Shown: one piece after another, positions 1-12,217 of the stretch | How the letters are laid out: each line of letters begins with the position of its first letter | How positions within the stretch are numbered: the first letter of the stretch is position 1 | DNA from: Trypethelium eluteriae | Taxonomy: Eukaryota | Assembly: GCA_051942245.1 (NCBI GenBank) | Contig: JAVECL010000056.1 | Span: forward strand, 1-64,000 | Direction: 5' to 3' | DNA: 64,000 nucleotides | Notes under the pieces: generated by a model | Told to the model about the DNA's origin: nothing | What the model saw: the letters and a program-made list of their open reading frames with translations, nothing else | Databases searched by the model: none | Translations under genes and position numbers: made by a program

Positions 1-1600
1 CTCCCTCGCCCTCCCCAACGCCACCTGCTCGTCCCCACGCGTCTCACGCAACGCCTCGACGAACGGAATCAGACAATCCAAGCAGGTGCGGTCGCCCTCG
101 CGGGCCCGCGTGAAGTGCAGCAGGTGCTCCTTGGCGTCGACGGCCGCGTCGGCGATGCTGTGCGAGGTCAGCAGCGACTGCGCGAGCGAGGATAGGAAGA
201 TGCAGTAGAGGGCGCCGGAGGTGCCGCCCATGTCGATGGAGAGCTGGTCGACGAGGGCGGAGAGCGCGGTCGGGAGCGCGGAGAGGTGGGAGGGGTGTGA
301 GGACAGGAAGGTGAGGGTTTGTTGCGCGCCGGAGCGGAGGGTGTAGCCGCAGTCTGTGGAGATGGAGGATGGGATTAGCTTTTTGGGCTGCCGGGGGGGG
401 ATGGGTTTGGGGGGAAGGGATCGGACTTACCGCCGTCGCCGACGATGGTGTCGTATTCGGTGATGGTGGGCTCGGACTCGATGAGTTTATTGCAGCCGTT
501 GATGATGCGTCGTCGGACGGTGGCGTCGTCGAATTGGATCTTTGATGTAAGTTTTGTGGAGCCGGTCGAAGCTTGCTCGGCGGTCTGACTGGTTTCTAAC
601 GGAGGTGCAGGTTTTGATTGGGGTGCGAGAAGTTGCTGTGGCACGGGGCAAACGGAGATGGACCAGCCCCGGGCTTGGGAATCATGATTGAGTAGAGCAG
701 AGTTACTAAGTCGGTAAGGAAGGTTTTGCTCGTCTATCGTACATTCAGCAGGAAACGATATGGAAGGGAAAGAAAGGACTTACCCAGGAAAGACACAATT
801 TCCAGCCCAAGGATGCTGTTTTCCAGCCGCGACAGTCCATTGATATCCGAATAGTGTACTGAATACGTCACAGATTTGTTTTGCGCAGTATGTGCCTTCA
901 TCGCCTGCTTCAAATCCTTTTGAAGAGCTCCCTTTGCCGACTCGTATGGCTCAGACCCATGCCCGTACAAGACCACGGGCTTGCCATCACTAATTCCAGT
1001 CTGGAATGTAGCGGAGCTTGTTGTTACAGTCTTTAAGAAGACTTTGAGGAGATCTGCCGTTTGATGCAACGATACTCTAAATTGCGTAAGTCTTGAGAGT
1101 CATTTTGGGAACACCACTGAAAGGAAGACATACTTTGCGGATTCAGTCGCTTGACTAAGCAAAGCGAGGATATGGTCAAGCTTAAGCTCATCATCCACTT
1201 CGATTTCCAGGATATTGTCATGTACCGGCTCAATCTGCGTCTCTTTTCCGAATCTTGCGACAACTAATCCTTGAGAAACACTGATACCGGCGGATTGCAG
1301 AGTGTGCAGGATGTCGTGGGCTGTTAAGATTCCTGCGCCCTCTTTCTCGGTGACGATCGCAACGACGTTCCTCTCGGACAGCAAGTGGCTCGAAAAATTC
1401 CCGGATCTACCGATGGCTGCGAGTTGGACATAAGGACTGCTTTGAAGACTTTGGTCAATCAGAATGGTCTGGCCTTTAGGGGTTTGCGCCTGGCGCAGAG
1501 AAGGTCGCATCAAAGGCAATAATGCATTCCATCTCGCCGGATTTTCAAGATCAAGATCTGATTTTGAGAAGGGGATCGTTTGGTCGACCACCACAGCCAT
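1..1600 (-). CDS. Dihydroxyacetone/triose kinase-like protein (DAK2/DhaL domain intact, DAK1/DhaK-like half degenerate); 3' end runs off the window
   Basis: Exons 1600-1134, 1076-784, 733-431, 353-<1 join in frame across GT-AG introns. The C-terminal part has DhaL motifs EYDTIVGDGDCGYTL, MGGTSGALY and AREGDRTCLD. The middle has weak DhaK-like remnants (DINGLSRLE, RGWSISV). Confidence 0.85.
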
Positions 1601-2499
1601 GGTGGTAGCAGGATGATGAAAATTGTGGGGCTTTTATTGTCAGTATTGGGTGTTCATCGAGCAAGATCAGTCAATGATCAGGACGAGGAAGGCCGGGAGA
1701 ATTTCTGGCGCGAATGGATTGGAGCAATGAAATGAGAAAGATCTTGTTTAAGCCTTCCTATTGATAAGTTTCAGAACCCAAGAAAACAAGGTGGGGCATG
1801 ACGCGGGGCTGAGGAGAACGTGAAGGAGCTCCTAAATTGGCAGTCCGAGAAGGTCACGGATTGCCTATTTGGTACAATTACACAATTACCTTATGCTTTC
1901 ACAAAAGGTAGAGCCACGTGCAGGTACCGACCGGACACAACTATTGATCTTCCTACTTCCAGACTTCAGCGTTTACCAAGCAAACTTGAGGTGACCTGAG
2001 CCTGTCTGAGTTTTACCTGAGTAGAGTACTACCTGAGCAACGCCTCAGTACTACCAAATGGTGGTAGGCAGTGTCAAGCAAACAGATAAAGCTACTCGTG
2101 CCCGAGACGTACGCCCATTCGACACTTTCAGACCTGCGAGGCAAGGTTCGAAAGCAACCCTGAACTGTGGCTGTAGAGCTCTACACCACATCTGAGCGTC
2201 CATTGACCTGACCGGAGTTCGCCTGAAAATTCTTGGATAACGCATGGATACTACGTGAACCAAGTGGGAGTGGACAATGCCAAATCAACTAGTGTAAGGG
2301 GCATGTTCAAAACTCGCTGTCGCTTTTCTAGCGTGGTCTACCATAACATCCGCCTAGGTATATTTTCCCATCCTGTCTTATCTTATTCCACCCACTTCTA
2401 TCTCGAACCCCATCAGAGTTTGCCAGCAAGCGGCATGAAAGCCAATTGAAGAAGAACTAAAAAAAAAAATACTTGAATACTAGCGTTCAAAATTATGAG

Positions 2500-3600
2500 A
2501 ACTTATCTGTCACTTGCCGTCTCCTTGCCGTGCTCTTTCTGTCATCTTTCATCTTTGTCGCTCTTCCTGTTTTTCAAAGGATCTTCATGGCTCCGCTATC
2601 CTCGGTTCGTATCCAAAAAGGTTCGCTTTTCTCGCTATTTATGATCTTCCATTCCCTGAGACTTCTTTTCTTCCTGAGAGGATCTCTATATACCATACCT
2701 CGTGTAATCAGTCTCCACACTTAAGGTCTGTCATGGTACTCAATGAAAAGCTCTATCCTTAAAAGTCTCAGCATTCTACCACTTTCTGCCTAATCCAATC
2801 ATCCACAGCTTCATCACTAAGGTAATCTGATACAACCTGATCAGTTAAGAAGTCTGCCAGCCTATCACTACTCGCTTAAGACAGGTTGCCTGCATATTGT
2901 CCATCTTTCCAGTGCCCCACTATTATTAAACGCACAAAGCCTTCAATGTCGGCTTAATAACATGGGTTGAGGTCCTGAATATGGATTGTTCTTGAAGATC
3001 GCGGCAGTGATGAAACATGTTCAAGAAGTGGAAGTGTGATTCAGTGACAAGATAGTGACTGTGATGAGCTATCTAGATCCTGGAAATAGGTCAAACTCCT
3101 TCAACTAAATGACTCGATGGATCCTCCAGAGCAGATACACAAGATCGAGATACTGAGGGGAAGGATTGTCCTGCAGGATCTTGCTGAGCGCCCTACTGAT
3201 CTTTCATATTTCATTTACTGGTAATTGCCTATTGAGCAGGGTCGAACCTATCCACGTGGAAGCTTGTTGTGTCCTAGAGGAAATTGTTCAGCATCTGCCA
3301 GTGGAGGGTCTCTCAACACCAGCATTTCTTGTCACACTCTCGAGTGGGGTCTGCAGAAGCTCACCATTATTTCGAACAATTGTGGCTCGTGCCTTGAGAG
3401 TACACGACCTGGCATTTCGGGCACTGAACTTGGTTGTGGGAGGACTTATGGAGAGTGGGGGTGCTCTCAGTCTCGGGAGCCATTGTAATAGAAGGTTTTC
3501 GCCCTTTTCCGAACAATTGGTTTGCTGTGTCGGAAAGTATATTGAGGATGTCGATGCTTGAAATATGCTGAGAGGTAAGTTGATACTTGGCAAAAGATGT
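2500..3600 (-). pseudogene. Probable decayed gene of unknown family
   Basis: Minus-strand protein-like stretches (e.g. DIEGFVRLIIVGHWKDGQYAGNLS*ASSDRLADFLTDQVVSDYLSDEAVDDWIRQKVVEC, and QCPKCQVVYSQGTSHNC) are broken by many stops; no long ORF. Confidence 0.3.
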
Positions 3601-3785
3601 CGGCAGAGGCAGAGGCTTTATATATTGATTCTCTAGTACAGACATCGACTCGACAGGAGAGCATTGATAGCTAGCAATCAAACAATGCATTTGCTGTTAC
3701 AGAAATGCTATTCAATTGATCATTCACTCGAGCGTTCTGAGGCTGCACGTTGTCACCTGGGCGCTTGCCGATCCTGATATCTGCA

Positions 3786-4091
3786 AAGCAATGTGCCAAA
3801 TTTGTCTCGGCCATGCTTGTCCACAACCTTTTTAAATGCATTATAGCCAACGAAAGGACAAGGAACTTCATATCAGGTAGTGCTCTATCTGTGACTAACA
3901 TGAGGTTCCGTGCTGATATATCACTAGGCGCCCTGGAGCCTCAAGTCTTTACTTGGGCCCCATGTGATGGTGGTCCTTGCTAAGCAATGCGGCGCGGGTG
4001 TCTCTGCCATGCTTGTCCACAACCCAGTTGAACGCGTCACGGCCAACGAAAGGAGAAGTATTTCATATCACGCAGAGCTTTCTCTGACTAA
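3786..4091. repeat. Diverged direct repeat, two copies of about 110 bp (3786-3898 and 3982-4091)
   Basis: Both copies read AAGCAATG...TGTCTCnGCCATGCTTGTCCACAACC...GCCAACGAAAGGA...TTCATATCA...CTnTGACTAA. Confidence 0.85.
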
Positions 4092-4390
4092 GTCAAGCCA
4101 CAAGGCTCACATTTGATCGGGCTCATTAAGCGTGGGAGACCCGTCATCGTGGTTCTAGCGTCTAGGACAATTGCACTGTCAGACTAATACGACAATTTTA
4201 TTGCTAGAGGGAATAGGCCAATAGAAACGGAGCGATTCTCATGTATTCATCTGCACCAATTATGACCAGTTCAGCACTAAGAGTAGAGCAAATCTTGGGA
4301 AACCTTACCTCCTGTGTGTCCCTAGATAGACGGTACAAGACGCTAGAGAAAGTAGCTATCGAAGGTGAATGATGTAGCAAGCCAGTACTA

Positions 4391-5810
4391 CTATTGGGGG
4401 CGTTCATTCAGCATAGAACTCATGCTTCCAAGGTACCTGCTCAAATCCTGCTCATTGTATTTGAATGCTAATCGGACCATCTCGCGAGTAAGTCTCTCGG
4501 CCTGCCCAGGAAATACTCCAATTTTCTCCAAGCAACCGTAAATTCGAGAAGCCGGGCCATTCAGAGTTTGGGCTACAGACGCTTGCAGTGATTTCCCATC
4601 ATTCTGAACTTTCCGCTCGGCGTCTCGGAGTCTTTTCTGATATAACTGTTGGGCTGTTGTCTGCCGAGATACATTCTCACATGCTGGATGATCAATATCG
4701 CTCAGTATGCAGCTTATCTCCTCATCAGAGTGAATGAGAGGGAAAGGCATGGGGTAATGATTGATTTCCCAGGGTGCGGTTTGAGCAAATTCCCAGTCAA
4801 TCACAGCAAGGAAGTTGAAGTCATCATCAACGAGAATATTCTGTGTTCCGAGATCCATATGGTTGAAATGGAAGGGACCATGAGAACCCGTGCCTTTGAA
4901 TAAATCCGTATTTCTTACGATGTCGACAAAGGCCAGTATACCAAGTTTGATGAATGGATCGTCGTCATCACCAGCAGAGGCACCAACGTCTCTGGAAAAG
5001 TCGGGTTGGTTCTCTTTCTCCGATCCGGTGATACTGCGAAGTCTTGCCTCTCCCACAGTTTCGAGGTACGATGATGTACTGGTAAACGGTCCTGCGTTGG
5101 CAAGGCCCTCATATGGGGCACTAGACAGCTTGCCAATGGTCGGGTGACCCGTCTCCGAAACATGACAGATTGAGCCAATTTGAGGATAAGTCCAAGTCGC
5201 CAATTCCGTTTGTATAGATGTCCATTGTGAAATGATGTGATCCTGCTGGAATGTCTATCCGCGCTTGCTTAGGGAGTAGAATCGAAGACAGAGTATTTAG
5301 AAGCAAAATGAAACTTACCGATAGCTGGCAGATATCAAACTGGACATCTTGTAGAGTGTTGCCGTAAAAGCCTTCGATCAGCATGTACGCAGCGCCTGCT
5401 TGAATTGCCGATCTTGATTTCGGTGCTGCATAAGCATAAAGATGCGGAAACGGGATACTGGTAACGTTTTTGCTTAGGAATTTCAAAGTTGCGGCTTCGC
5501 ATTGCATCGAGTATGTCTCATCCTCCACGGTGACGGTGCTGGGCGTATCAGGATGTCTTGGAAGACGCGCTCGTGCGATAACAAGTCTGCCGTCGTTCGC
5601 AACAAGCTCAAAACAGGCCCAATATTGTCCTGCAGAGAATGGCTCGCTGATGGTGAAATTTTTCTCGAAGAGCTTCTCAGCATGTTCCAAAAAGGCCTTT
5701 TTATTGATGGACTTCATGAATGCCTCCAGCCGCTTTCTCATGCCATTATAGTCCCAGCCTTCGTACGAGGTCCAGTGCGCACTTGGAAGTTCTTTTCCGG
5801 CAGCAAACAT
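4391..5810 (-). CDS. Aminoglycoside phosphotransferase (APH)/kinase-like protein
   Basis: ORFs 5121-5810 and 4391-5203 join in frame through intron 5318-5255 (GTAAGT...TAG). Motifs HMDLGTQNILVD and VIDWEFA are the Brenner-type catalytic motifs. Confidence 0.85.
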
Positions 5811-6331
5811 TCTGAAAAAGCGGAGACTTTGGGTCTCCTTCGGGGAGCCAAAAAAAGGAAAGTGAAGTTCAGTGTCGTCGAGGGGCTTTCTCCAGATTCA
5901 ATGCAAACAGTACAGTAGTGTGTGAGTAATATGGAGGCAGAAAATGGTCATTTAGCGTGGATTGTGAGGGCTAGGAAATTACTTGTACCATATTCCAGCT
6001 AAAGGCCGTTTATGCAATGAGGGGCTATGCAAAATAAAAACTGACCAATCAATATTTAGCGCACTATGCGACGCTAATTGTGAACATTTACGGAGCTTCT
6101 GTCCTCAAGACCCGGATGACCGCAATCTCGAGCTTAGTAATTGACAATCTGTATCCAAACAGATGGAATAGATTCTTTTTACCATGCCTGACAAGTACGC
6201 ATCACCCTATGGCCGACGCCGTATACTTCGACAACCACTGAAACTCACGGTGGATCGAAAGCGTTGGATGAAAAGAGAAAGCGGAGACCCGTGGGAGAAA
6301 GCGAGCATACATAAATATTGGAGGACATTGT

Positions 6332-7855
6332 TCATATCCTTTCACCTTCTAGGATTGGTCTCGCTTCTTCACTCTTCCACCAACTCACTCCTTCTTTCCC
6401 AGGATACGCAAATTTGTCCATGCTCTCTGGCCGCATTTCTACACTATAGCCAGGCTCCGTGGGCGTCGTATAGTAGCCGTCCTTGATGACCGACGGATGG
6501 AAGAAGTGCTCGTGCAAATGATCCACATACTCCAATACCGACAGCTTCCCCGAGACAACCACGTAGTCAATCGTCGAGAGATGCTGTGTGTATTCCGGCA
6601 GGCCGACACCGCCCGAGTGCGGCACGATGGGGATATTGAATTTCTTTGCCAAGAGCAGCACGGCCAGAACCTCGTTGACGCCCCCCATGCGGCACGCGTC
6701 AATCTGGCAGACATCGATGGCGCCCTGTTGGAGCAATTGCTTGAAGATGACACGGTTCTGGCACATTTCGCCCGTCGCGACGCCAATCCCAAGAGGCTTG
6801 AGCGCCTCACGAATTGCTTTGTGACCGAACACGTCGTCGGGGGAGGTGGGCTCCTCAATGAACCATGGCTTGAATTCGGCGAGCTGCTTCATGTATTCGA
6901 TGGCCTCCGGAACGGACCATACCTGCTTCTGTGAGACAATGGAACGGGATGAGCTGATCCATCACAGAGGAAGGCAAGGAGACGTACTTGATTCGCATCA
7001 ACCATAAGAATATTCCCTTTATCATATCCGATAACTTCCCTCGCAATAGTCAACCTCTCCTTATCCGCTGCCACACTCGTTCCCACCTTAAGCTTGAAAT
7101 GCCGGTATCCGTTGTTCAGTGTCTGCTGTAGCAGACCCTTCATCTTATCCTGCCCGTAGCCCAACCATCCCGCGCTTGTAGTGTATGCCGGCACTGCCCG
7201 ATTGGCCTCAGCCTCCTTCAATCTCTGCGCCTTCCCTGGCTCCTCCTGCTTCAAAATACTGATTGCTTCCTCTGGCGTAAGGGCGTCTGTAATGTATCGG
7301 AAATCAATGCACTGGACGAATTCTTCAGGCGTCATCTCCGCCACGATCCGCCATACCGGCTTTCCGAGCACTTTAGCCCACAAGTCCCAGATAGCGTTGA
7401 CGACTGAGCCGAGCGCGAGATGAATGACGCCTTTCTCAGGGCCGATCCATCGTAGCTGGCTATCTGAGACTAAGTAGCGCCATGTCTTGCCCCAGTCTGC
7501 CACCAGGTCGTCGAGGTTCTTGCCTTTGATACGTTCGGCGAGGAGATTAATTGCTTCGCAAACAATTTCGTTTCCGCGGCCAATGGTAAAGGTCTATGAG
7601 GTATGAGGACGCAGCTAGAATGGCGCTTGGTTCTCAGGAACGTTACCATGCCATGACCGGACTTGTCGGTATCCGTGTGGAGAATACAATATGCTGCAGA
7701 ATAGTCTCCAGCCGCATTCATAGCATCGGAGCCTGTCTTGTCCAGGGACGTCTGGAGATAACAATTAGCTTCGCTTGAGTTCTATCTGCCTTCCTAAAAG
7801 AAAAACTCACAGGAAACCTCACGTCCCTGGTTTCGGCATGAGTGATAGTGACCAT
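6332..7855 (-). CDS. lgd1: L-galactonate dehydratase (enolase superfamily, D-galacturonate catabolism)
   Basis: The spliced product reads MVTITHAETRDVRFPTSLDKTGSDAMNAAGDYSAAYC...TFTIGRGNE...DSQLRWIGPEKGVIHLALG...FKLKVG...MVDANQ...FIEEPTSPDD...ATGE...PHSGGVGL, which I recognise as fungal LGD1/GaaB; three introns. Confidence 0.93.
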
Positions 7856-8063
7856 GATTGCGATTGAGACTCTATATCTTTTGTCACATCAAAGGCAGTG
7901 GGTAATTCAGCATATATATGCCAATGCCACGTAGTAGGCCCCTCATTATTGTGTCATTCCTAAGGCTTGTGGCAGATATAACCATGAAAAGTTCAGACCT
8001 TTCGGTATGATGAAAGCTCAATGGCCGGGGTAATGTCTGGTATGGATAATTTACCGCGTTTTG

Positions 8064-8072
8064 ATTGGTGGA
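8064..8072 (-). promoter_or_regulatory. Galacturonic acid-responsive element (TCCACCAAT, GaaR-type site)
   Basis: ATTGGTGGA on the + strand is TCCACCAAT on the gene strand, about 210 bp upstream of the lgd1 ATG; it matches the known TCCNCCAAT consensus. Confidence 0.65.
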
Positions 8073-8467
8073 AGAATGGAAGCCTGCGGAACTCGGTCAG
8101 GTACGCACACGAGAGCTTCCCTGAACATGTAGAGCACTTTCTCAGTACGATATGTCTTCAGGTATCATGAGGTACAAAAATTCTGCAGCCTCTTGATGGT
8201 GATCTTCCATCGCTAGACCCGCCTGCGCATCTACTTGGTGGTATTTGGTACTGCTATGATCTCTGAGGGGAGATTTTGTTTTCGTTGCTTGTTTTCTCTG
8301 ATCCAGAAGCATCACCTAGCCATTCCATCTTTCTTGCATGTGTCGAATTGCTACTCAGATTGCCTCGCCTACCGTGTGCTTTCATTCTCGGTCACGCTCC
8401 CTCTACCCATTCATATACGAGAGCTCGTCGCGACGAGCATACTGCTTTTCACGTGAAGTTGATGCTC

Positions 8468-9271
8468 TCAGTCTTCCCTCTGTTTAGGCTTCCCGAGTGC
8501 TTTCATCTCTTTGCTCATTCTGTGCCACTTCTGGATGGCTTTCTTTTTGCGTGTATCCGTCTCCACCTGTCTAACATCTCCCTTCTGCCTTCCAACACCA
8601 TTCTCCTGTTCTCTCATAAAACTCCAATTTTTATCCTCCGTCTCGATTGCTGTATTTTGGCGCTGAGCAATCTCACGTCTCCGCCGCTCCGATCTTGCTC
8701 GTTCAGCATCGACTTCGCCTACAATGTCGGGATCCTCAAGTGGATAGAAAGGTGAAGCGTACGCGTGGGACGGATAGAGAGGGCGGATGGAGCTCAGATT
8801 CAGAGTGGCAGAAGTATGGCCTCGATGAGCAGGACGGGAGCCTGACCAGAACATTGGCTCCGAAAGGGTTTGCAAGGGACCGGTTGGGGTTGGCACGGAT
8901 ATTTCGATCGTAGTGGAGCGGTTCGCACGCCGTTCGACAACGTTCTGGTACTGATGCCTGGTGTTGGTGCGCTCGATAGAGCCTCGGTGACCCACGCTAT
9001 AAGGTGTAATACCAAAGGATTTCCATCTGATCTCGGGATTTGTGTTCGGGTTCGAATGTGGAATAGTCAGGGCATCGGTTTCCTGACTTGGCAAATTGTG
9101 TTCATCATGCTCGCCTCGCCCCTGGCCATTACTAGGATCTCGGGAATGATATGAAGGGACTTCAGAATTGTATGTTGGGGCCGACGACGTTGAAGAGATT
9201 GTAGCCTGACTATTCCGGTACGACGGAAGATTTTCGCCATTCTCTGGGTGCGGAACGGTGTTGCCAGCCAT
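8468..9271 (-). CDS. Hypothetical fungal protein
   Basis: 267-aa ATG ORF with a low-complexity N-terminus and a conserved-looking C-terminal block (PFYPLEDPDIVGE...EDKNWSFM). Confidence 0.65.
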   Translation of the reverse strand: MAGNTVPHPENGENLPSYRNSQATISSTSSAPTYNSEVPSYHSRDPSNGQGRGEHDEHNLPSQETDALTIPHSNPNTNPEIRWKSFGITPYSVGHRGSIERTNTRHQYQNVVERRANRSTTIEISVPTPTGPLQTLSEPMFWSGSRPAHRGHTSATLNLSSIRPLYPSHAYASPFYPLEDPDIVGEVDAERARSERRRREIAQRQNTAIETEDKNWSFMREQENGVGRQKGDVRQVETDTRKKKAIQKWHRMSKEMKALGKPKQRED

Positions 9272-10073
9272 GAATAGCTGGACTTAATACGGGTTTAGTT
9301 AGCAGGTAAATTTAGTAGAGGGTGAGAAGTAGAGTCGGCGGAGAAATATGGAGGTGGTAAAGTCTTAATGAATGACACTCGAAAAGGTAGGACGAGTCTT
9401 CAACAGGAGTTGGAGAATGTGAATCCTTAAATGAATGGAACGTTAGCAGAGGGACTTGGTGACGAAAGAGAGAGCCGTTACGGCTTTACTAATCGAGTTC
9501 TGTGGCTACCGCGTTGAAGTCACTGGCTTTGGCAATATCCAAATTGATAGTTGCGACCAACTGATGAAGAAGCTTCATTGTGACATAGATCCCAGGCTTC
9601 CGCTGCTGCCTCTGACTGATCGTCTACAGCCTCATCTTCACCTGACGTCGCGTGCTCAGACATTTCGTGGAGTTATCCTAAGCCAATAAACTTTACCCGT
9701 GGAGAGAGGAGATGTATTCCGTACCACGGCAGTGGAAGATGTTGTGAGTCATGTGAATCCCATGGAATGACTTAATGCATGTGATAGTATCAAACCAAAT
9801 GGAGGGCTTAGTGTTCATTTCCTACGATATCCCAAAAGCTCGATCATCATAGAAGCTCGAGTTTGTATTTGCAATAAGCTATGCACATCCGATCTTTCTG
9901 CCTAGATCGAAGGCAGGTATCAAATAAGCAAATTATTGGCCAGCTAATTAGACGTCATGGCTGACAGCTTTACCAAAGATCAGTGTATTTCGTCAAATCT
10001 CCCTTTACCCATCTCAGATCCCTTGACTGCCAGCAAGCGCAGAAACGTCGTCAAACCCAGCACTGAGCAGAAA

Positions 10074-11387
10074 TCAAAATCCCTCCGAAAATCCCTCATC
10101 CTCCATTTCCTCATCCCGGATCTCGTATTTTGTACCTAGCGCCTGCTTCCCTTCCTTGATCATAGCTTTGAGTTGCGAATTCAGTTTCCGCATGCTCCGA
10201 TCCGCTTCACGATCTTCTTTGGCAATTCGCTCCGCATATTTTCGGGCCTCTGGCGAGAATGGACTGCTATGGCTGCTCGAGGGCCTTGAAGCAGTGAAAG
10301 AATGCCTTCTTTGGGATTGCACAGCCGGGGAACCACCTGAGGAAATATTTGATGTCCGACGGGACACTGGAATAAGAGATCTGCGACTGGTCGTGTGCAT
10401 AGCACTGGATCGTCGGGTTGCTGAATGTATGGACGGCTTGTCCGGTGCTGGTAACCGCCTGGACGATGATTGTGGGCTCGCTCTCCCTGAGCGCGCAGTA
10501 TGTGAGACTACAACCCAGCCACTCCCGCTGTCTGTATGTATCCGTTTCGACGGCCTCGGTGGGGTACTCTCATCGGCTGCCTGCATGTTCTCGTAGTCAT
10601 CTGCAGGATATTGCCCCGGTACCGGGGTTGCATCGCGGTCAAATCGTCTTGAGTCATCCTGCAGATCTATATCCTGCCAACTGTCCGTCACGCTTGGACT
10701 AGTTTCTGATGGAGCTGAGACATCGTAGCCCCTCCCTCCGCCAGCGTAAAAGCCTCGAAACGCGCCTACCGTGCAGAAGTCCCACACTCTGCCAGCCACG
10801 CCGCCTACGACAGTGAGCATAAATCTCCCCCAGCCAGGTGACGGTACATCTTTTGAGGTGATGATTCTTGCTCGTCCATTCCTTTCCCTTGCTAGGAGTG
10901 GAGGAGGAGCAAAGTAATCTTCCCGCCAGCTCCAGGGATCATCGCCAGCCGTTTCCCATCTCCTGGAATAACAGATTCCCATCTTCTCGCGCTCGCGCTG
11001 TTCATCGAGGGCGGCTGCTTGTAGTGTTGGAGTATCGAGCCCGCCTGCAAGTACATATCTTGTATCTACTAACGGTGGACTGATGGCACCTGCTGAGCGA
11101 GTGATTGATGATTCTGCCGAGGCATGTGACCAGTCTCTGCGCTGACTAGAATATGGTGTCGCGAGCTTGTTATCATTGTGAGACGAACTAGGTCGGGGTC
11201 GTTTCCGGTTTTTGCTGTTTCCTAAATATCCATAGGATATGCGCGAGTCTGCGCCAGAGCTATAGGGTGTCGAGGGAGTACGCGGAGGTTGGAAAAGGTG
11301 GGATTTCGAACCAGTCATGGTATCAAAGCATGGATTCGGGACGGTCGATTTCATGGGAGGTAATCGTGGAGCGATTGTGGCCGGCAT
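10074..11387 (-). CDS. Conserved hypothetical Ser/Pro/Arg-rich protein
   Basis: Long ORF, likely start at ATG 11387. It has blocks WDFCTVGAFRGFYAGGGRGY and a C-terminal coiled-coil-like MRKLNSQLKAMIKEGKQALGTKYEI. Confidence 0.75.
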   Translation of the reverse strand: MPATIAPRLPPMKSTVPNPCFDTMTGSKSHLFQPPRTPSTPYSSGADSRISYGYLGNSKNRKRPRPSSSHNDNKLATPYSSQRRDWSHASAESSITRSAGAISPPLVDTRYVLAGGLDTPTLQAAALDEQREREKMGICYSRRWETAGDDPWSWREDYFAPPPLLARERNGRARIITSKDVPSPGWGRFMLTVVGGVAGRVWDFCTVGAFRGFYAGGGRGYDVSAPSETSPSVTDSWQDIDLQDDSRRFDRDATPVPGQYPADDYENMQAADESTPPRPSKRIHTDSGSGWVVVSHTARSGRASPQSSSRRLPAPDKPSIHSATRRSSAMHTTSRRSLIPVSRRTSNISSGGSPAVQSQRRHSFTASRPSSSHSSPFSPEARKYAERIAKEDREADRSMRKLNSQLKAMIKEGKQALGTKYEIRDEEMEDEGFSEGF

Positions 11388-11800
11388 GTTGCATACTAGC
11401 TGCTGGAGGAAAAAGCCATGGAAAGCGAAGGATATGATGACCGTGAGCAAGGGTAAATGCAGTAAGTCTTGCGATTGTTTGTTATTATTACTTGTTGCTT
11501 TCGGTGGTTATGCTAAGCGCCTAGCTTGGCCCATGGGGTTGGTGAGGAAACCCCGCCCTGCCTGCGGTGCTGCGTCGATCATCACGAGTCATGCACGGAG
11601 TACTTAGGTACAGCGGCTTACTACCTTACCTTATTGATATTTGGTACGTGGGACTGACGTTTGTGTTGCTAGCATTCGATTCTAAACAGACATGCAGTTC
11701 CTGCCGTCGAATGGAGATGTCTAAGGATCACCACCAAATTGTATGGAGCGCACCGCCTGACCGTGTTTATTCCTAACGAACCTCTTCGTAATGGACGTTG

Positions 11801-11978
11801 TGCATAGTCAAGGAGTGATGTGGGCCTATACATAATGTGAATAATGAAGGACCAATGCTATAATGCACATAAGGTATATAGCGAAGGAGTAATATTACAC
11901 GTATGCTGCAATAGCATCGTGCATGGTGAAGGGCTAATGCTATACTGCACATGATTTGCATAGTGAAGGAGTAATAAT
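11801..11978. repeat. Degenerate minisatellite, 5 units of about 37 bp
   Basis: Units start at 11801, 11838, 11875, 11920 and 11957 with core TGCATAGTGAAGGAGTAAT. Confidence 0.8.
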
Positions 11979-12217
11979 CAATAGAGCGCGTAGGAGCAAA
12001 AACAAACTGGAAAATGCATCCATATCATAGCGACGCGTTGAGAGCGAAAGGATTTACAACTTACACAATTTAGGTTTCTGTAGAAAACACGAGAATTGTG
12101 CAATGAACTACAAAATTGCAATGACGTTTGTTATCATCGCATGCGATTAGGTAGTGCGCTCCTTATAGAACCCCATGTCGAACTAGCAGACACTCCATGC
12201 TCGAATCGTTCAATACA

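Noticed and set aside
11801..11978. CRISPR-like array
   Set aside because: Eukaryotic context, degenerate units, related rather than unique spacers, and no cas genes.
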